A stretch of DNA of 64,000 bases from an uncultured Gemmatimonadales bacterium (GCA_963823035.1 CAWGKG010000023.1:1-64000); one strand, 5' to 3'; counted from the first letter of the stretch, positions 11,105 to 22,487 are shown. Program-made: numbers and translations. The notes: generated by a model from the sequence alone, not told the origin.

Positions 11105-13531
11105 CTACTTCTCCTCGATCCAGATGACCGAAGTGACCGGGAACGGCTCGGGCCGTCCCCCGTCCGCCGGCCGCTCCGGCCGCTTCGGCTCCGCGGTCCC
11201 CGTGAGACGGTTGGCGCGGGCGAAATTCGGCACGGCCGTGAGCTTCGATCCGTCGGCGAACCTACCCTCGATGACCTTGACCCCACCCAGGAAGTCCTCC
11301 CGCCAGGTCGTGCTCAGCGGGGCGGACGGCGAGAGCGCCTTCCGGACGCCGGCGTTGTCCGCGGCCTCGATGTTGTAGACCAACGGCCCGTACTTGAGGG
11401 CCACCCGCCCCTGGTTCGCCGCGACGCGCTCGTCCGCGTGGACGCGCTGGATCGCGAGCGGAAGATCGACCTCGACGCGGTCGCCCGCCTTCCACGTGCG
11501 ATGCAGGACGAGGTATCCGCGCTCGATCTTCGGCTGCACCGTCTCCCCGTTGATGCGCACCGAGCGGACGCCCTTCACCTCCGGGGTGGCGCGATACAGG
11601 GCGCTCACCTGCCGGCTCGGAACGCGCACGTGCATCGTGAAGGCGCGGCTCTCCTTCGGGTTGACGGTCAGGGCGACGTCGCCCTCCCACGGGTAACCCG
11701 TCTTCTGCACGATCTCGACGTCCGTCCCGCCGACGCCCGGCACGGTGACCGTGCTCCCCACGAAGAGGTTCACGTACAAGCCGTCCGTGCTCTTGGCGTA
11801 CATCCACGTGGGCAGCATGAACACCGTCCGCGGGAAGTTGCCCACGCAGCACGGGCAGGTGTGCCACGCGTAGCGCGCCACGTTCGTGTCCAACGGGTTG
11901 TCGTAGTAGTAGTGCTCGGCCTCGAGGTCCGTGGAGCCGAGCAGCGCGTTGTACAGCGTGGTCTCGTAGAGGTCCGCGTACTTCGCGTCCTTGTACATGC
12001 GGTTCATCTTCGACTGGAAGAAGATCTCGCCGCAGCTCGAGCACGTCTCGCAGTACGAGTTGTTCCGCAGCGAGTACTCGGGGCCGAAGCCCTCGGAGGT
12101 CTCGCCGCTGCCGACGCCGCCGGTCAGGTAGTACTTCTTGTTGACCACGCTGTCCCACAGCGAGCGGACCGCGCTCTGGTAGTCGACGTCGCGCGTCTCC
12201 ATCGCGATGTCGGTCATGCCGGAGTAGGTGTAGACCGCCCGCACCGCGTGGCCCACGGCCTCGTACTGCTGCACCACCGGGAGGTGGCTCTGGTCGTACT
12301 GGCTGCCGCCCTGGCGGCCGTCGAGGAGGAACTTGGCGAGCTCGATGTAGCGGTCGCCGTCGTGCGAGCCCTCGACGTCGTTCACGTAGTGGCCGAAGCG
12401 CACCAGCGCCTGCTCCATCTCCTGGTGGCCGTCGAACCACTCCTGCTTGGGCGGCGGGCCGATGTGCGCGTACCAGAGGTCGGCGAGCTTGCGGGCCGCG
12501 TCGTACAGGCGGGCGTCCTTTCCCTCGGTCATCATGTGGTGGTTGATGGCCGACTCGATGAAGTAGCCCGCCACGTAGCCCTGGTGGTTGCCCCGGTTTC
12601 GCGGGTCCCAGCGCCCTTGCCACCGCTGGCCTGCCGGGCCCGCCTCCGAGTTCGAGGCGTCGCGCAGCGTCCACGACGTGTGCAGGAACCCGTCCGGCTC
12701 CTGCGCGGCGAGGATGATGGGGATCCACTCCTCGAGGGTGTCGCGCATCTGCCGGTGTGCGGCGAGGACGTCCGGGTCGCCCATGGGGTCGATCATGAGC
12801 GCGAGGCTCATCGACTCCACGGTCTCGTGCACCCAGGCGTTCGAGAAGACGTAGCCCTTGTGCGCGCCGTGCGGTTCTCCCCGCAACGCCTTGCCGGCTT
12901 CGATGAAGTTGTCCATCCCGCCCGGCCCGAGCTCCAGGTCGTCCCGGTTGATCATCTCGATGCAGTGGGGAATCCAGTTGACCATCAGCGCCTTCACCTG
13001 GCGCCCCCAGAACGGGTCGTCGAGCCGGTAGAAGCCGGTCTCGATGGGCGACAGATGGTCCGGCGGTGGTCCGTCCTCGACCGTCACGGTGAAGGTCGAC
13101 GGGACCTTCGACTCCCCGTTGTCCGCCACCATCTCGAGTACGTACGTGCCCGGGGCGGAGAAGGCGGCGGTGGTGACGAGCGCCTTCGGATCCTCGAACG
13201 CGACCTCCCCGGGGCCGGACTTCTTGCTCCAGGCGACGGTGGGCTCGGGGCCCGTCGGCTCCGGCTCCTCCGGCTCACCGCGCCTCCGTCGGCGCCGCTC
13301 CCACGGGGGCACACCGTATCCCGCCCACGCGTTGAGGTAGGTCCGCCCGGGCTGCACCACCACGCGATCCGGTCCGGCCACCACGGCCAGCGGGTCCGCG
13401 CCCCGGAGGAGGGAGGATCCGTCCAGCTGGTAGACGAACGGCGGCAGGACGACGGACGCCGCGGCCGCCTTCCCCACGGTACCCAGCATCTCGCGCCGGG
13501 TGAAGTTCGTCCGCGAAGGCTCTTCGCTCAT
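11105..13531 (-). CDS. GH127 beta-L-arabinofuranosidase with Tat signal and N-terminal PKD-like module
   Basis: TRREMLG Tat motif; GHQEMEQAL, GHAVRA, YCETCSSC and CPCC (HypBA1-type Zn/Cys site); WSKKSGPGEVAF...GTYVL PKD-like segment. Confidence 0.9.
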   Translation of the reverse strand: MSEEPSRTNFTRREMLGTVGKAAAASVVLPPFVYQLDGSSLLRGADPLAVVAGPDRVVVQPGRTYLNAWAGYGVPPWERRRRRRGEPEEPEPTGPEPTVAWSKKSGPGEVAFEDPKALVTTAAFSAPGTYVLEMVADNGESKVPSTFTVTVEDGPPPDHLSPIETGFYRLDDPFWGRQVKALMVNWIPHCIEMINRDDLELGPGGMDNFIEAGKALRGEPHGAHKGYVFSNAWVHETVESMSLALMIDPMGDPDVLAAHRQMRDTLEEWIPIILAAQEPDGFLHTSWTLRDASNSEAGPAGQRWQGRWDPRNRGNHQGYVAGYFIESAINHHMMTEGKDARLYDAARKLADLWYAHIGPPPKQEWFDGHQEMEQALVRFGHYVNDVEGSHDGDRYIELAKFLLDGRQGGSQYDQSHLPVVQQYEAVGHAVRAVYTYSGMTDIAMETRDVDYQSAVRSLWDSVVNKKYYLTGGVGSGETSEGFGPEYSLRNNSYCETCSSCGEIFFQSKMNRMYKDAKYADLYETTLYNALLGSTDLEAEHYYYDNPLDTNVARYAWHTCPCCVGNFPRTVFMLPTWMYAKSTDGLYVNLFVGSTVTVPGVGGTDVEIVQKTGYPWEGDVALTVNPKESRAFTMHVRVPSRQVSALYRATPEVKGVRSVRINGETVQPKIERGYLVLHRTWKAGDRVEVDLPLAIQRVHADERVAANQGRVALKYGPLVYNIEAADNAGVRKALSPSAPLSTTWREDFLGGVKVIEGRFADGSKLTAVPNFARANRLTGTAEPKRPERPADGGRPEPFPVTSVIWIEEK

Positions 13532-13601
13532 GTTGCGTCTCCTCCCCGACGGAACCCGGGGATGCGACGAAGCGGATCGAGCCGCGGACTCGGGTCGGCC
13601 G

Positions 13602-14098
13602 TCAGCGCTTCAGGTAGATGAGGATCACACCATTGGAACCCCGCGTGCCGTACATGGCGGTGGTGCTCACGTCCTTCAGGACCTGGATGCTCGCCACCTC
13701 GCGCGGATTGATGCCCTTCAGCGCCAACCGGACGCCATTCGGGCTGACCGGCATATCGTCGACGATCAGGAGCGGACCGGTTCCCGAGTTCACGGAATCG
13801 GCGCCGCCGCGGAGTCCCAGCAGGATGTCACCGCTGGGAAGCTCCCGCACGTAGAGCCCCGGCACGTGGCCACGCAGCATGTCCAGGACGCTCTGGAGGT
13901 TCTCGGTCTCGGCCGTGTTCACCGGCGTCACGGAGCCGGTGACGTCCTCCGTGTCCTGAGTGCCGTAGGGCACCGCCACCTCGTCGGGTCCCTGGAAGGA
14001 CTTCCCATGGGCACGGAAGGGGTTCGACGCACCGCAACCCGCCAGGAACAGGCTCGAGCCCGGCCAGGGCGAGGCTCACCGCACGCCATCGCCCTCAT
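13602..14098 (-). CDS. Stand-alone TonB/SusC plug-domain lipoprotein (reconstructed across two extra Gs)
   Basis: SIQVLKDVSTTAMYGTRGSNGVILI SusC plug signature and no barrel; reconstructed N-terminus MRRWRAVSLALAGSSLFLAGC; ATG overlaps the upstream stop (ATGA). Confidence 0.8.
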
Positions 14099-14565
14099 GG
14101 CCGCGGCACCTGGCGCCGCCTCGTCGTCACGAGGATCACCCCATTCGCTCCCCGCGTGCCGTACACCGAGGTGGAGCCAACGTCCTTGAGCACCTCGATG
14201 CGTTGCACGTCGTCGGGGTTCAACGCCAGGAGGGCCTGCCCCGCCGGCCGCCCCGATGCTGCCCCGTCGACGATCACGAGCGGCTCCTGGCCACCGCCCT
14301 GGAAGCTCTGGTTCAGACCGCGGATCCGGACCTCCATCTGGCCCGGACTGATCTCGATGATCTGCACGCCGGGGGCCTTGCCCCGCAGCATGTCGATCAC
14401 GTTGTCGTAGTGGGCGTTGCCGCTCTGGACGACGTCCCTCTCCGCCCGACCCTCGGCCGTGGGACGGGGCGTCGCGTCCTGCGCACCCCCCGAAGGTCCC
14501 CCGCCGCCACACCCGAAAAGGGCAAGGCACGCGCAGGCCGTCATGGTCAACTCGGTTCTCTTCAC
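14095..14565 (-). CDS. Stand-alone TonB/SusC plug-domain lipoprotein
   Basis: Lipobox LFGC; DMLRGKAPGVQI, PLVIVDG, IEVLKDVGSTSVYGTRGANGVILVTT; stops right after the plug; start approximate. Confidence 0.82.
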   Translation of the reverse strand: MKRTELTMTACACLALFGCGGGGPSGGAQDATPRPTAEGRAERDVVQSGNAHYDNVIDMLRGKAPGVQIIEISPGQMEVRIRGLNQSFQGGGQEPLVIVDGAASGRPAGQALLALNPDDVQRIEVLKDVGSTSVYGTRGANGVILVTTRRRQVPRP

Positions 14566-14596
14566 GGCAGATGCCACCCCAGGTGACCCGAAGCGT

Positions 14597-14631
14597 CGCG
14601 GTTCCGCGGGGCATTTCCCCGCGGAACCGCG
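14597..14631 (-). terminator. Hairpin between susD1 and the plug-lipoprotein genes
   Basis: Perfect 15-bp stem CGCGGTTCCGCGGGG/CCCCGCGGAACCGCG, 5-nt loop. Confidence 0.75.
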
Positions 14632-14660
14632 CGCTCGGGCCATCGAACAGAGGTTCGCTA

Positions 14661-16326
14661 CTAGTACCCTGGGTTCTGATGCAGGTTCTGGTTCGAGTTG
14701 AGTGCCGATTGCGGAATCGGGTAGAGCGTCAGGTGGTCGGCGTTGTCGGCGTTGTGGTTGAACCACGCCTTCGTCGTGAAGACGCCGAACCGGATCAGCT
14801 GCGTCCGGCGGTGACCCTCGACGGCGAACTCCCACGCCAACTCGTCCAGGAAGCGGCCGTACTGGATGTCCGCCCCACCGAAGGCGCCACCGGTCGTGTT
14901 CGTGACCGGCGTCCCGCCCGGACCCGTCTTGATGACGCCGTCCGTGTCGTACCAACCGTACACGTACGAGCTACCCTCCATCAGCTCCGCGCCCGTCACC
15001 GTCGCCTTCGACGGATCGGAGTTGGCGAACGCACGCTCACGCACCTGCGTCACGAGCGCGGCAGCCGGGGCTGCCTGACCGGTCCGCAGGAGCGCCTCGG
15101 CCTGCATCATCAGGACCTCGGCGTAGCGGACGATCGGATAGTCCACGCTCGACGACCCCGTCTCACCGGCGTAGATCTCGTACTTCCACACCGGGTAGCC
15201 GAAGTTGAACTCGTTCTTCCCGCGGATCTGCGGGATCTTCTGAACGAAGTCGTATCCGAACTGGTGGTCGGCGGTGAACTGCGGCCCAGTGAGCCACGTG
15301 TCCTGGAGCCGCTCGTCCGCCGCATCGTAGGTATCGATGAACGACGGCTGCGCGGCGCTCCCGCCCCACGGCTGCGCGTTCATGTTGAACACGAAGCGCA
15401 GCTCGGGCTTGAGCGTCTTCATGTGGAAGTTGCTCCCGCCCAGGTAGACCTGGTCGTAGGGCACCGCCCACATGACCTCGTGGGACTCACCCCCGTCCAG
15501 CGGGCCGGCCGCAACCGAGAAGGGCGTCCGGTAGCTCGCGTCCAGCGAATAGTTCCCCGAGTTGATGATGTCCTGCGTGAGCGGGATCACGTCGGAGTAG
15601 TGGGGCGTGCCCATGTACACCTCGGCGTTCAGATACGTCCGCGCCAGGATCGCCTCGGCGACCCACTTGTTGATGCGGCCGTACATGGCCACGCCCGCGT
15701 CGGTCGAGAGCTGCGGGATCGACCTCCTGCAGCTCGCTGACCACGAAGTCGTAGACCTCCTGGCGTGTGTTCTGCGTGGGCAGGTCCTCCGCCGTGAAGT
15801 CCGTCACGATCGGGACGTTGCCGAAGTTGTCCAGCAGCATCCAGTAGGCGTACGCGCGCTCGGCACGCAGCTCCGCAAGGATGCTGGCCTTGGCGCCCTC
15901 GTCCTCGATCGGCGCGACACCGGACTCGATCTGGTAGATCACGCGGTTGGCCGCGTTGATGACCGAGAAGTCGGTGCTCCAGATGTGACCGAACGTCCAG
16001 TTGTCCGTGCTGAACTGGTACCAGGTGTGCTGGTGCTGCGCGACGTACACGCCGCCGTCGTACCAGCCGTTGACGCGCTCGGGCGTCACCAGGACGTCGC
16101 CCGGCTCCTCCTCGGCGACGTCCACCATCCCATACCACCCCATGAACAGCCCGGCCCACGGCGTGTACGCAGGGGCCATCAGCGAGCCGAGGTCGTTCGC
16201 CGTGGGATTGAAGTTCGATTCGGTGATCTGGTCGTAGACCACCTCGGTGAGATCGGTGCACGCACCCGCGCCGAGGCCGAGCACCGCGAGCAGCGCGCCG
16301 GCTGCGATTCGCTTGTAGTGTCTCAT
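14661..16326 (-). CDS. susD: RagB/SusD family outer-membrane lipoprotein (frameshift near 15720)
   Basis: Lipobox GAGAC; RAYAYWMLLDNFGNVP, RYAEVLMMQAEAL, EFAVEGHRRTQLIRFG, C-terminal QNPGY. Confidence 0.92.
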
Positions 16327-16336
16327 AGTCGGCCTC

Positions 16337-19321
16337 CTAGAAGACGAGGTTCATGCCGATCGTGAACGTGCGGACCGTCGGGTACTGGTCCCGGTGGTCG
16401 ACGCCCGGATCGAGCCCCGTCGCGCGGACTTCGGGGTCGAGGCCCTTGTAGCCCGTGAGCGTCAGGAGATTCCGCCCCGCCACGTAGAGGCGGGCGCTCT
16501 CGGCCACGTTGCCCAGGAAGCCCGGGAGCATGGTCGAGTCGAGCGTGTAGCCGAGCGTGGCGTTGTCGATCTTCCAGTAGTCCCCGTTCTCGACGTAGTA
16601 GCTCACGTACACGAGGGGGTAGTCGAGGATCGACTTGCCGTACACGGGGTCGAAGGCCGAGTGCAGCATGTTGTACTGCGTGTTGTTCAGGTTCTCGTAG
16701 TACAGGCGTCCGAAGTTCAGGATCTGGAAGCCGAAGGCCCCGCGCATGTTGACGTTGAGGTCGAACTTCTTCCACTGCACGGAGTTGTTCAGCGCCAGAT
16801 AGTGCTTCGGCACGCCGTTGCCGAGGATGCGGCGGTCGTTCGAGCCGGCCTCGGAGTAGGGGATCGTGCTGGTGCCGGCGGAGTCGCGAACCATCCACTC
16901 GCCGTCGGCGCTGATGTCCACGGACTCGAAGCCGTAGAACTCACCGATCGGGCCGCCGATGCACAGGCGGTGCGTCGAGGTCTGGATCGGCTCACCCGTG
17001 TAGCCCGGGTAGAAGCAGTCCGACGTCTCGTACACTTCGTTCGAGAGGCTCAGCAGCGTGTTCTTGTTCGTCGACCAGTTGGCACTCGTGCGCCACCGCA
17101 GGTCGGCCGAGCGGATCACGTCGTACGTGAGCGACGCTTCGAGGCCCTTGTTCTGCATGTGCCCGACGTTCGCGAGGATCTGGCCGTAGAGGAACGGCGG
17201 AACCGGAACGTCGTAGTTGTACAGCATGTCGCGCGTGTCGCGCCTGTAGTAGTCGAGCGCGCCGGAGAGGCGGTAGTCGAAGAGCGAGAAGTCCACCCCG
17301 ACGTCCAGCTCCTCCTTCTTCTCCCAGCGCAGGTCCGGGTTCGGGTTCTGCCCGGGCACGAGCCCCTTCACCCAGTTCCCACCGACCGGGTAGTTGCCCT
17401 GGTATTGGTAGGTCGTGAGCGACAGGTACGGGTCCGTGGGCGCGATGCCCGTCACGCCGAAGCCCGCGCGCACCTTGAGGTCGTTGATGGCCTCGATGTC
17501 CTTGAGGAAGCCCTCCTCCGAGAGCCGCCACCCGAGCTGCACGCCGGGGAACAGGCCCCACTGGTGGTCCGCGCCGAACCGGGAGTCGCCCTCGTAGCGA
17601 AGGCTGGCCATGGCCAGGAAGCGGTTGTTCCAATCCCAGTTCAGGCGGCCGAAGAAGCCGATCGTCTTGTAGGACCACTTCGAGCTGCCGATTCCGGCGA
17701 TCCCCTGCTGGAGCCCCGCGCCGGCGCCGAGGTTGCTGTAGCCGAAGAGGTCCGTGGGGAACTGCTCGTTGCCCGCTCCGAAGTCCTCGTGCACGCGGTC
17801 CCAGTACTCGTAGCCGCCCAGGAAGGTGATCTGGTGGCCGTTGAAGTTGTTCTGGTAGGTGCCCGTGACGTTGAGGAGCTGGCTGACGTTCGAGCGGGTG
17901 TTGCGGTCCGCCCAGTTGATCCCCGGAACGTCCGGGTTGTCGGCCAGGCGGAAGCGCCCGCGGAGCCACTCGTCGCGCTCGGTCCCGCCCAGGACCGAGA
18001 GGCTGAACTCCGGAATCGGGCGGAACGTCAACGTACCGTGCATGCGCAGGTCGCGCGTCTCGGAGTTGCCGCCGTAGGTGCCCAGCATCTGCACGGGGTT
18101 CGTGTAGAAATACGTGCCCCGCGTCTGGTAGGAGCCGTCGTCCTCGTAGATCCGGTCGGTCGGGTTCCGGATCAGGGCCTGCCGCCAGAGATAGTTGAAG
18201 TCGACGCCCGTGAACTGGTTCTGGATGCGGTCCACCAGGTTGAGGTCGGCCTTCAGCTTCCCGTCGTACATGGAGTGGCTGATGTTGACGCGACCCGTGA
18301 TCTCCTTGTTGTCGGACTTCTGGAACAGCCCCTCGTCGTACTGGTAGTTGAACGCGGCGGTGTAGTTCGTCGCACCGTCGCCGCCCATCAGCGTCAGGTT
18401 ATGGTTGTATGCGATGGGGTTGTTGCGCTCCACCGCGGCCTGCCAGTCCGTGGCGTAGCCCAGATCCTCGAAGGTGTTGCCCGCCGGCGTGGTGAAGCCC
18501 TCGGCGGCCAGCCGCCGTACGTCCCCGGCGTTGAGGAAGTCGGGCTTCTTGTAGATGGCCTGGACGCTGGTGTACCCGTCGTAGCGGATCGTCGCCTGGC
18601 CGCCCTCGTATTTCTTGGTCGTGATGAAGACGACGCCGTTGGCCGCACGCGAGCCGTACACGGCGGCAGCGGACCCGTCCTTCAGGATGTCGATCGATTG
18701 GATGTCCTGCGGTGCCACCGTCTCGAGGGTGCCCGGGACGCCGTCCACGATGATCAGGGGCTGCGCCGACGCCTCGAGGGTGCCGATGCCGCGCAGGCTG
18801 ATCTCCGTTCCACGCGTGGGGTCACCGGTCGTGGTGTTCACCACCAGGCCGGCGATCTTGCCCGAGACCAGGGAGGCGGCGTCCAGCGCCGGCGCCTGGA
18901 CGAAGTCCTTGACGTCGACCTTGGCGACCGCGCCCGTGATGTCCTCTCGGCGCTGCTGCCCGTAGCCGACGACGACCAGCTCTCCCAGCTCGACGGCCTG
19001 CGCCTGGAGCTGGAAGTCCGCGACCGCCGCGGTGCCGGCGTTGACCGTGAGCGTCCGGTCCTCGGAGGCGTAGCCGATGATCTGGACGCGCACCGTCACC
19101 TGTCCGACGGGCACGTTCAGGAGGAGGAACCTCCCCTGGGCGTTGGCCAACTGCCCCACCGAGGTACCGGGAATGTTGACTTGCGCCCCCGACAGGGGCT
19201 GCATGGTGCTCCGATCGACGACGGTCCCGGTGACCGTGCCGGTCTGTTGAGCGGACGTCGCGGTCACACCCGCCAAGGCGAGAGCGGCCACGATCGTCGC
19301 ACGAACGATCCAGGTTCGCAT
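16337..19321 (-). CDS. susC: SusC/RagA TonB-dependent transporter
   Basis: Signal peptide, carboxypeptidase-regulatory-like N-terminal domain, ILKDGSAAAVYGSRAANGV plug motif, NPDLRWE, terminal F. Confidence 0.95.
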   Translation of the reverse strand: MRTWIVRATIVAALALAGVTATSAQQTGTVTGTVVDRSTMQPLSGAQVNIPGTSVGQLANAQGRFLLLNVPVGQVTVRVQIIGYASEDRTLTVNAGTAAVADFQLQAQAVELGELVVVGYGQQRREDITGAVAKVDVKDFVQAPALDAASLVSGKIAGLVVNTTTGDPTRGTEISLRGIGTLEASAQPLIIVDGVPGTLETVAPQDIQSIDILKDGSAAAVYGSRAANGVVFITTKKYEGGQATIRYDGYTSVQAIYKKPDFLNAGDVRRLAAEGFTTPAGNTFEDLGYATDWQAAVERNNPIAYNHNLTLMGGDGATNYTAAFNYQYDEGLFQKSDNKEITGRVNISHSMYDGKLKADLNLVDRIQNQFTGVDFNYLWRQALIRNPTDRIYEDDGSYQTRGTYFYTNPVQMLGTYGGNSETRDLRMHGTLTFRPIPEFSLSVLGGTERDEWLRGRFRLADNPDVPGINWADRNTRSNVSQLLNVTGTYQNNFNGHQITFLGGYEYWDRVHEDFGAGNEQFPTDLFGYSNLGAGAGLQQGIAGIGSSKWSYKTIGFFGRLNWDWNNRFLAMASLRYEGDSRFGADHQWGLFPGVQLGWRLSEEGFLKDIEAINDLKVRAGFGVTGIAPTDPYLSLTTYQYQGNYPVGGNWVKGLVPGQNPNPDLRWEKKEELDVGVDFSLFDYRLSGALDYYRRDTRDMLYNYDVPVPPFLYGQILANVGHMQNKGLEASLTYDVIRSADLRWRTSANWSTNKNTLLSLSNEVYETSDCFYPGYTGEPIQTSTHRLCIGGPIGEFYGFESVDISADGEWMVRDSAGTSTIPYSEAGSNDRRILGNGVPKHYLALNNSVQWKKFDLNVNMRGAFGFQILNFGRLYYENLNNTQYNMLHSAFDPVYGKSILDYPLVYVSYYVENGDYWKIDNATLGYTLDSTMLPGFLGNVAESARLYVAGRNLLTLTGYKGLDPEVRATGLDPGVDHRDQYPTVRTFTIGMNLVF

Positions 19322-19687
19322 AGCGTGTTCCCCTGATCTTGGATTCGGCTTCTCGCGCCGTGAAGCCGTAACGAGGAAGGAAAGGCCGGATCGCCATGCA
19401 CGACGGATCGACGCAGGAAGCGCGAGCTCCCGTTGGCGATCCTCTGCCCGGCGTCCGATCATGGCGCAATCCGGCGTTGGCGCTGACGTGTGCTGCTGCT
19501 CATCCGCGGGGGGCCATCGCGCCCGAGTCGCCTTGGGGGGCCAACCTGCACCTGGCCCCCCGCCCGTTCGGCGACGCCGGTGGGCCCCTGAGGACAGATC
19601 GACGTCCGCGCGATGCAGAGTGCCGATGGGGCCGGTTGGAAGCGTGCGACGCGTGTTCGACCGGATTGAGCCCAGCCTGATCACCTA

Positions 19688-19732
19688 CTGATACATCAGC
19701 CATACTATAGAAAGGCCGTCCGACCTGCGCAA
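19688..19732 (-). promoter_or_regulatory. Sigma70-type promoter of susC1 with palindromic operator at the predicted start site
   Basis: Minus strand TTGCGC(19732-19727)-17 bp-TATAGT(19709-19704); CTGATACATCAG at 19688-19699. Confidence 0.75.
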
Positions 19733-19853
19733 GGAACTTCTGAAACCGCGTTGGACGTTGTTTGAAACCAGTCTGTCTTGGTTCGAGTGGTTCAGGTCCG
19801 GACGAATCGGGAACTGGACCTCTCCCGCATCCGTCCGGACCCTTCCCGCCGGC

Positions 19854-22358
19854 TCAGCGCGGCGCGTCCGCCCGAATCATGCGAAGGGCGAAGACCGCCG
19901 TGACCTGGCTGCCCTCCTTCGCTTCGAAGCGCACCGTCACCCGCTGCTTCCCCTTTACCAACTCGGCCGGAACGCGGTACTCGACGTCGAAGAAGCGGGG
20001 CGGCTCGGTCTGCCGCTGTGACTCCTCACCCACCACCGTCCCGTCCACGAGGATCCGGAAGGACGCAGGGAGCGTCCTACGGTCGTCGCTGTAGTACGTC
20101 GCGATCAGCGTCATCGGGTGCGCGGCGTCGACCGGCACCGCGTAGGAGAACCAGCTCCGACCCGTGCGGCCCGGGCGCCCCACGACCCGCGTGGGATTCG
20201 AGTCCTCCGCCCCCTCGTAGCCGAAGCGGTCCTCGTACACCCGCTCCCCCGGCTCGAGGTACGCCACGGTCGCGGCCTCCAGGAGGCGCGTGCGCTCGGC
20301 CTCGGCCGCATACGCGGCCTGCTGGGTCTTCCACTCCTCGGGCGTGAAGGTGTCCCAGTAGGTCGAGTAGGTGCGCCGGTGGAGGCGATAGAAGGGCTGC
20401 AGCTCGATGTCGAGCGCGGCCCCCGTCGCGTTCGCTTCCCGCCCGACGCCGTTCGTACGGAACTTGCCGGGCTCGCCAGCTACGGGCTCGAGCCATTCGA
20501 CCGCCGGGCGCTCCGCGGACACGAACACCGGCACCTTGACCGCGGATCCCGACCGGACCTCGCCCTCCTCGTCGGCCTCGCCGCGGCGTCGGCGCACCGG
20601 CTCCGGGCCGAGGTCCCCCGCGAGCACCAGCGGTCCCCACATCACCGAGACGCGCCGCGGCTCGTCCGGCGTCGGCTCGACGCGGAGCGCCTTCGGGAGC
20701 GCGACTTCCACCACGTCACCCGAACGCCAGGTGCGGGTGATTTCGAAGAACGAGCTGACGTCGGCCTGCGCGTCGTCGTACTGCGTGGGCCCGCGCAGCT
20801 CCGCGTTGGCAGGCGCCGGCGGCTCCTGCACGGTCTGCCCGTTCACCGTGACGGCGAAGCCGTCGCCGGCCCAGTACGGCCTACGCAGCGCGACGGTCAT
20901 CTCACGCGGCGCGCGCAGGTTGAGGGTGAGCTTCGCGCTCTCCCCCTCCGGGAAGCCGGTCTCCATCGCGAGCTTCACGCCGCCGTCGGCCCACTCCGCG
21001 GTGGAGGGCGCGTACAGGTTCACGAACAGGCGGTCGCCGTCCTCGTAGTAGAGGCCGTGGCCGTGGAGCGCGTGACTCTCCATCCCCGAGCCGACGCAAC
21101 AGGTGAAGCTGTGCATCATGTCCTGGTACTCGTGCTGCACGGCCTGGCCCACCGGCACCATGTAGCACATGCGCCCGTCCTGGGGGTCCATCGACGCCAG
21201 GATGTGGTTGAACAGCGCCTGCTCGTGGAAGTCCGCGTAGTGCGGGTCCGGGTTCAGGGAGAAGAGGCGCCGGGTCAGCTTGAGCATGTTGTAGACGTTG
21301 CACGTCTCGGCCGTGCGCCCGTCGAGGTACGCACCGATGCGGTCGCGCGGGCCCCAGTACTCGTCCTTGCCGTGGCCCCCGCTGGTGAAGCTGTGGTGGT
21401 TCACCACGGCGTCCCAGAAGTAGTCGGCCGCCATGAGGTCGGCGGGCCGCCGGGTCAGCACGAACCGCTCGGCGTTGCCGAGCAGCTTCGGGATCGCCGT
21501 GTTGCCGTGCTTGCCCGCGAGGTTGTCGTGGTTGCGCTCCAGCGGGTCGATGAAGGCGTCGTGCTCGAACTTGTAGGACAGTTCCAGCCACCGCTCGTCG
21601 CCGGTGTCGCCGTACAGGTCCACGAACACCTCGTTCATACCGCCGAACTCGGTGTTCATCATCATCTCGAGCTGGGCCTCGCTCAGCCCCGAAAGGACGC
21701 CCTCCGCCCACGCGGAGAAGGCGATCTCCACGTCGAGCGCCGTGCGGTTGCCCGTGTGGCGGTATGCGTCGCGCAACCCCGCGTACGTCTTGTGGAGCGT
21801 GTACCAGGGCGACCACTGCCCGTTCAGGTCGAAGGAGGCCGAGCGGATCTCGCCCCTCGCGAGCCGGTCGAAGCAGTCACGGCCGCCTTCGAGCGCGCCC
21901 AGGTACCCGTCCCCGTGCGCGTCCTGGACCTCCTTCAACTCCTTCACGATGTAGTCCGCGCGCTCCTTGAAGCGCGCATCGCCCGTCGCCGCCCACATGA
22001 GGCTCACGGCGGAGAGGTAGTGCCCGCCGATGTGGCCGGTGAGGTTGCGGCCGCCGCCGTCCCACCCGCCGTACGGTTCGGCCTTGCGTGTCAGTCCGGC
22101 GCGCTCGCGGTAGTACGCGAGCATCCGGTCCGGATCGAGCTCGAGGAGGTAGGCGGCGTCCATCTCTTGCGCGTGCTTGAGCGGCCCGCCGGTCAGACGC
22201 ACCGCGTCCAACGGGAGCGGCCGTGCGCGGATCACGCCTTCGTCGGCGCGTGCCACCGGCGGGCCGGCCTCCGCCGCGGCGAGAGGAGAGCGACCGAGAA
22301 GAGGAAGGGCTCCGGCCCCGAGGCCGAGCTTGAGGGCGGTACGGCGAGAGAGCGTCAT
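19854..22358 (-). CDS. GH146/GH127-like (DUF1680) beta-L-arabinofuranosidase with Tat signal
   Basis: SRRTALK Tat motif; GHIGGHYLSA, EFGGMNE, ETCNVYNMLKL, FTCCVGSGMESH; AGGAGG RBS. Confidence 0.88.
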   Translation of the reverse strand: MTLSRRTALKLGLGAGALPLLGRSPLAAAEAGPPVARADEGVIRARPLPLDAVRLTGGPLKHAQEMDAAYLLELDPDRMLAYYRERAGLTRKAEPYGGWDGGGRNLTGHIGGHYLSAVSLMWAATGDARFKERADYIVKELKEVQDAHGDGYLGALEGGRDCFDRLARGEIRSASFDLNGQWSPWYTLHKTYAGLRDAYRHTGNRTALDVEIAFSAWAEGVLSGLSEAQLEMMMNTEFGGMNEVFVDLYGDTGDERWLELSYKFEHDAFIDPLERNHDNLAGKHGNTAIPKLLGNAERFVLTRRPADLMAADYFWDAVVNHHSFTSGGHGKDEYWGPRDRIGAYLDGRTAETCNVYNMLKLTRRLFSLNPDPHYADFHEQALFNHILASMDPQDGRMCYMVPVGQAVQHEYQDMMHSFTCCVGSGMESHALHGHGLYYEDGDRLFVNLYAPSTAEWADGGVKLAMETGFPEGESAKLTLNLRAPREMTVALRRPYWAGDGFAVTVNGQTVQEPPAPANAELRGPTQYDDAQADVSSFFEITRTWRSGDVVEVALPKALRVEPTPDEPRRVSVMWGPLVLAGDLGPEPVRRRRGEADEEGEVRSGSAVKVPVFVSAERPAVEWLEPVAGEPGKFRTNGVGREANATGAALDIELQPFYRLHRRTYSTYWDTFTPEEWKTQQAAYAAEAERTRLLEAATVAYLEPGERVYEDRFGYEGAEDSNPTRVVGRPGRTGRSWFSYAVPVDAAHPMTLIATYYSDDRRTLPASFRILVDGTVVGEESQRQTEPPRFFDVEYRVPAELVKGKQRVTVRFEAKEGSQVTAVFALRMIRADAPR

Positions 22359-22416
22359 GCGGCCTCCTGAACGGGGCCCGACGGCCCCCCGGCTCAATCG
22401 ATACTTCAGACGAAGC

Positions 22417-22428
22417 TAAACCGGTTCG
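22417..22428. promoter_or_regulatory. Putative LacI-family operator
   Basis: TAAACCGGTTCG, 10/12 match to TGAACCGGTTCA, about 60 bp upstream of the GH146-like gene. Confidence 0.6.
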
Positions 22429-22487
22429 TGTGTTCTTGCACCTGTTCGGAGGGAGGAAGGTCGGAGGGGAGCCTGACTGACTGCGGG